Source: an uncultured Sulfitobacter sp.
Lineage (GTDB): Bacteria; Pseudomonadota; Alphaproteobacteria; Rhodobacterales; Rhodobacteraceae
Direction of reading: 5' to 3'
Assembly: GCA_965363755.1 (NCBI GenBank)
Contig: CBDTVL010000001.1
Location: 1 to 63,183, forward strand
Length of the DNA stretch: 63,183 bases
The notes beneath the pieces were generated by a model that did not search any database, had not been told where the DNA came from, and saw nothing but the letters and a program-made list of their open reading frames with translations. This document shows, one piece after another, positions 59,353-63,183 of the stretch. A program made the translations under genes and the position numbers. The stretch's first letter is position 1. Each line of letters starts with the position of its first letter.

Positions 59353-61725
59353 ATGCCGTTGATATTGCTTCGATATATTGTGGCACTCGCCTTAACGCTG
59401 ATGTTTGCGGGGCCGGGGTTCTCGCAAGCCGGTCTGCTGGGTGCACTTGGCGGCTCGGCAGAGGAGACGACCGAAGCCAGCGACGCGGAGGGCTTTGCCG
59501 AGACCCTTCAGCAGGCCGTTGAAAACGGTGTCAGCGTAGTCGTCGTGGATTCAAATGGCAATTTGTTGGCCCAATCCGAAAAAGCTGATGAAAATACCGG
59601 CGCTGAATTGGTCGAAAATGACAGCGCTTTGCTGATGAAACTCCAATCTGAGGGAGACGCGTTTCGAACCATCTTGCTGGGCAAGCTGGAGGCCCTCCCT
59701 GTTGCCTTTAACGAAGTGGCCTACATCCTGCGCTTTAGCAGCCCTGATGGCAGGATCATGTCGTTTGTTGAGGCATTGCTTTACAGCCTGGCGCTTTTTG
59801 CTTTGGGTATGCTGGTTGAAAGGGAAGTCTTTGGAAAGCGGCTTGCAAAGCGTTTCGTTGTGTCGCGAATATTAGAGAGCCCCGTCGGGTATTCCGAAAA
59901 ACTTCCCTTTCTCGTATTCCGGTTTTTCATGGGGGTTGGTGGCGCGCTGGTGTCGATGGCTGTCGCTTATATAGTGGGCTCAATCATTTTTGGCCCGGTG
60001 CATGACACAGCGATGCAGTTTACCATCACAGTGATTTACACTGCGTATTTTGGGTCGCGTCTGGTCGCGGGCGTATGGCGTATGGTCCTGTCACCCTATC
60101 TTAGCCAGTATCGCATCCCGAATTTCTCTGACCCAGATGCCAAAAAACTGCACACTTGGCTTTGGATCGTGGCCGTCTTAGATATTTGGTCGTTGAATTT
60201 CACGATTTGGATATCTGAACTCGGACTGAACTATGATGTGTTTGCGGCAATGTCGTCGGTGCTTTCGCTGTTCATCGTGGTTCTGAATGTTCTGTTGGTT
60301 CTGATCAATCGCCGCGCCATCAGCAATGCGATGTTGAATGGCAAAGGCATCGGCGAGGTCACAACGGCAACCCGGATTTTCACCAAAGCTTGGGCGCCTG
60401 TTGCGATCGCCTATTTCACTCTGGCGTGGTTCGAACTGACGTATGAACTCGTTCTGGAACTGCCGGCGTCTGTTCCGTTGATAACTGGCGTTTATGCCAT
60501 CCTGACATCAATCATCGTTGTCTTCGGAGTGATCAATTTTCTTATCGAACGCTTTTTCCAACGCGCCCGTGCGGTCAGGGAACTGAATGATGATCTGAAA
60601 ACTGCCCCCGAAGGCGGGATTGCAGACGGCGAAGAGGCTCTGTTGGAGTCTGCTGAAACGACCAAGACTCAAGACATCAATAGCTTTGAGGACCTTGCAC
60701 GCCGGGTGTCCGGTATTCTTGCGCTCGTCGCAGGTGGCTGGGCATTCATTTCGATCTGGGGTGTCGAAAGCGCCATGATGGAAGAGTCAAAGCTGGACAC
60801 CCTGACGGACATTATCGTTGTCATCTTTCTTGGCTATATTGTCTATCAGTTCTTCCGGATCTGGATCGACAGCAAGATTGAGGAAGAAGTGGGCGACGAA
60901 CCAGCGGGCGAACTGGGCGACGAAGGTAGCGTGTCAAGCGCAAGCCGGCTCGCGACCCTTCTGCCGCTGTTTCGCAACGGTATTCTGGCTATCGTCGTTA
61001 TCACCGTCGCCTTGATCATTCTGCTGGAACTAGGGGTCAACGTTAGCCCGCTGTTTGCCGGTGCCGGTGTCGTTGGCCTCGCGATTGGTTTTGGATCACA
61101 GGCGCTTGTTCGGGATGTGTTTTCGGGGGCGTTTTTTCTGTTTGATGATGCGTTTCGCAAAGGTGAATATATCGATATTGGTGATGTCAAAGGCACAGTC
61201 GAAAAGATATCAGTGCGCTCTTTCCAGTTGCGGCATCACAAGGGGCCGCTCCACACCATCCCATTTGGAGAAATCCGTTTTCTGACGAACTTTTCCCGCG
61301 ACTGGGTGATCATGAAGCTTCCCCTGCGCGTGACCTATGACACGGATGTGGAAAAGGTTCGCAAACTGATCAAGAAGTTGGGCGTTGAACTGCTGGATGA
61401 CCCGGTGATCGGAAAGGACTTTATCCAGCCTCTCAAATCTCAGGGCATCATCGAAATGCAGGATAGCGCCATGATCATTCGGGTTAAATTCATGACCACT
61501 CCGAATGAGCAATGGGTTATTCGCAAACGGGTTTTTGAAGAAATTCGCGAACTCTTTGAACGCGAGGGGGTCAGGTTTGCCCACCGCGAAGTGACAGTTC
61601 GTTTGGCCGACGGCAAGGTGGAAGACCTGACGCCGAATCAAAGAGAAGCTGTGACCGCCGCAGCTCAATCCGCGATTGATGATGATCTGATGGACGAGGC
61701 GAGCGGTGGTGGGGATGATCGCTGA
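59353..61725 (+). CDS. Large MscS-family mechanosensitive channel with extended multi-TM N-terminus
   Basis: Signal peptide, many TM helices, AGAGVVGLAIGFGSQ..DVFSG, GTVEKI.VRS, IPFG. Confidence 0.9.
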   Translation: MPLILLRYIVALALTLMFAGPGFSQAGLLGALGGSAEETTEASDAEGFAETLQQAVENGVSVVVVDSNGNLLAQSEKADENTGAELVENDSALLMKLQSEGDAFRTILLGKLEALPVAFNEVAYILRFSSPDGRIMSFVEALLYSLALFALGMLVEREVFGKRLAKRFVVSRILESPVGYSEKLPFLVFRFFMGVGGALVSMAVAYIVGSIIFGPVHDTAMQFTITVIYTAYFGSRLVAGVWRMVLSPYLSQYRIPNFSDPDAKKLHTWLWIVAVLDIWSLNFTIWISELGLNYDVFAAMSSVLSLFIVVLNVLLVLINRRAISNAMLNGKGIGEVTTATRIFTKAWAPVAIAYFTLAWFELTYELVLELPASVPLITGVYAILTSIIVVFGVINFLIERFFQRARAVRELNDDLKTAPEGGIADGEEALLESAETTKTQDINSFEDLARRVSGILALVAGGWAFISIWGVESAMMEESKLDTLTDIIVVIFLGYIVYQFFRIWIDSKIEEEVGDEPAGELGDEGSVSSASRLATLLPLFRNGILAIVVITVALIILLELGVNVSPLFAGAGVVGLAIGFGSQALVRDVFSGAFFLFDDAFRKGEYIDIGDVKGTVEKISVRSFQLRHHKGPLHTIPFGEIRFLTNFSRDWVIMKLPLRVTYDTDVEKVRKLIKKLGVELLDDPVIGKDFIQPLKSQGIIEMQDSAMIIRVKFMTTPNEQWVIRKRVFEEIRELFEREGVRFAHREVTVRLADGKVEDLTPNQREAVTAAAQSAIDDDLMDEASGGGDDR

Positions 61726-61827
61726 TCCACCCAATGGTCGCGATGCTATATGCCCGTTGTTCGGGACGGCCGCGACACCTTGAGTGTGCCACTCAAAGAC
61801 TGGTTTCTTATTCAGCCAGGTGCACCT

Positions 61828-62562
61828 TCAAATTCGCATAACTGTGGCTCCGCCTGCCATCATCTCGCCTGCTGCGCGATCAAAGCGCAGGTAGGCGATG
61901 CCGTACCCCCCAGACTGAGTAAAGAGTGTCCCCACGGGTTTGCCATTTGCCGTAATCTCGGCCCCGACCGGGGCGTGACCTGTGACCGTCACCCGCGCCA
62001 GCCCTTTGCGCAGTTCGGTTTTGTGTTTCATCCGCGCGGTGACTTCTTGCCCGACGTAACAACCTTTGCGAAAATCGACGCCGTGCAATGCTTCGAATCC
62101 GGTTTCGAGAATGAAGCTGTCAGGAGTCAGCTCGATCCCGGTTTCAGGAATGCAATGCGCGACACGAATTGCATCCCAATCGGTGGCATCGTCGGTCTCT
62201 TGCGCGCTTGAATACATCCGCCAGCCAAGATCGGGGTGACGCGGATCAGGGTATGCGCCGTCTGGTGCAGGGCCGGTGCCGCGTTGCAGATTGAGCCCGC
62301 TGCGCGTGATCTGGACGTCCGCGCGCAGTCTGTACATATTCAGTCGTTTTTCCAGCAATTCACCCAGCAAAGCAGAGACATCAACCAGCACCGCATCGCC
62401 ATGGCGCACCACAAAGAAATCAGCCAGATATTTACCCTGTGGGGTCAGGATTGCGGTGTAAACCAGCCCTCGGTCGAGCCCAGCCATGTCATTGGTGGTC
62501 AGCCCTTGCAAAAACGGCTCTTTGTCGGCTCCCCGAAGGGCCAGAATGTGGCGGGAGGTCAT
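61828..62562 (-). CDS. ygfZ: Folate-binding Fe-S assembly protein YgfZ/Iba57
   Basis: FLQGL.TND, LTPQGK, KGCYVGQE signature. Confidence 0.93.
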   Translation of the reverse strand: MTSRHILALRGADKEPFLQGLTTNDMAGLDRGLVYTAILTPQGKYLADFFVVRHGDAVLVDVSALLGELLEKRLNMYRLRADVQITRSGLNLQRGTGPAPDGAYPDPRHPDLGWRMYSSAQETDDATDWDAIRVAHCIPETGIELTPDSFILETGFEALHGVDFRKGCYVGQEVTARMKHKTELRKGLARVTVTGHAPVGAEITANGKPVGTLFTQSGGYGIAYLRFDRAAGEMMAGGATVMRI

Positions 62563-62632
62563 TCGTAGCATTCCTTTAACTGGTCAGAGCACATATAGGG
62601 TGCCGACACGACAAGAACAAAGGGCCAATTTC

Positions 62633-63183
62633 ATGCGCGCGCCGATTTCGGTGATCATCCCAACGCTGAACGCAGAGGACGAATTGCCAGGGTGTTGGGC
62701 CAGCCTCATGGAAGGTGTTCAGGCGGGTTTGATCCGAGAATTGATTGTGTCGGATGGCGGATCACAGGACGAAACCTGCGCCCTGGCCCGCGAGGTCGGA
62801 GCACAACTGGTCGAAGGGGAACCCTCGCGGGGGGCACAGCTTCAAAGAGGCTGCCGATTGGCCAAGGGTGACTGGCTGCTGATCCTGCATGCGGATACCG
62901 AGCTGGAAACGGGGTGGACTGGACCGGTGCGTGCCCATCTGGATCATGACACGGCTGCTTATTTCAAGTTGCGATTTCGGGCGCGTGGAGTGATGCCAAC
63001 GATGTTTGCCAGCTGGGCGAATTTGCGCTCGCGCGTTTTTGGTTTGCCGTACGGTGATCAAGGTCTGCTACTCACTCGCAGCCTTTATGATTCTGTAGGA
63101 GGTTATTCGGATCAACCGCTTATGGAGGATGTGGCAATCGTAAGGGCTTTGCGCGGTCGATTGAGGGCGCTGCCAATCCGTGC
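62633..63183 (+). CDS. GT2 glycosyltransferase, TIGR04283-like (3'-truncated; absent from ORF track)
   Basis: Manual translation MRAPISVIIPTLNAE...SDGGSQDET...LHAD...LPYGDQGL...PLMED. Confidence 0.85.
   Translation, partial: MRAPISVIIPTLNAEDELPGCWASLMEGVQAGLIRELIVSDGGSQDETCALAREVGAQLVEGEPSRGAQLQRGCRLAKGDWLLILHADTELETGWTGPVRAHLDHDTAAYFKLRFRARGVMPTMFASWANLRSRVFGLPYGDQGLLLTRSLYDSVGGYSDQPLMEDVAIVRALRGRLRALPIR

Noticed and set aside
50869..61725. tRNA-anchored genomic island containing the GT operon
   Set aside because: The cluster lies on the 5' side of the tRNA, and I found no integrase or duplicated tRNA 3' end (att site)

Overview
A mostly core-chromosomal segment of a marine Rhodobacteraceae (Roseobacter-group-like) alphaproteobacterium; the assignment is inferred from gene content and order. 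Housekeeping blocks: pheS...pheT-ytoQ; qor-coq9-rpsU; RNase T2-trcR; recR-ybaB-dnaX; SRP RNA (ffs); nudC; pheA; cycM; yejABEF; the FnrL locus (hemN, fnrL, usp, ccoNOQP, ccoGHIS, three clear FNR boxes); a D,D-carboxypeptidase; clpS; hemF/hemC/hemE; tRNA-Met; ygfZ. Accessory-looking genes sit between these blocks. The two best candidates for an uncharacterised system are (1) an exported Cys-type sulfatase followed by an exported octaheme cytochrome c with HEAT/TPR repeats, with no sulfatase-maturation enzyme in the window, and (2) a tightly coupled operon of a UDP-sugar dehydrogenase, four glycosyltransferases, a histidine phosphatase, a deacetylase and an aspartate dehydrogenase, divergent from a very large MscS channel. 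Smaller finds: a small membrane-protein gene with an in-frame amber codon (missed by the ORF track), a LysR/small-protein module splitting the cco genes, CtrA-like boxes before a tiny membrane protein, a Hint-domain protein and a VPLPA-CTERM protein. No CRISPR array, transposase, integrase or prophage was seen. All family calls come from motif recognition, not database searches.
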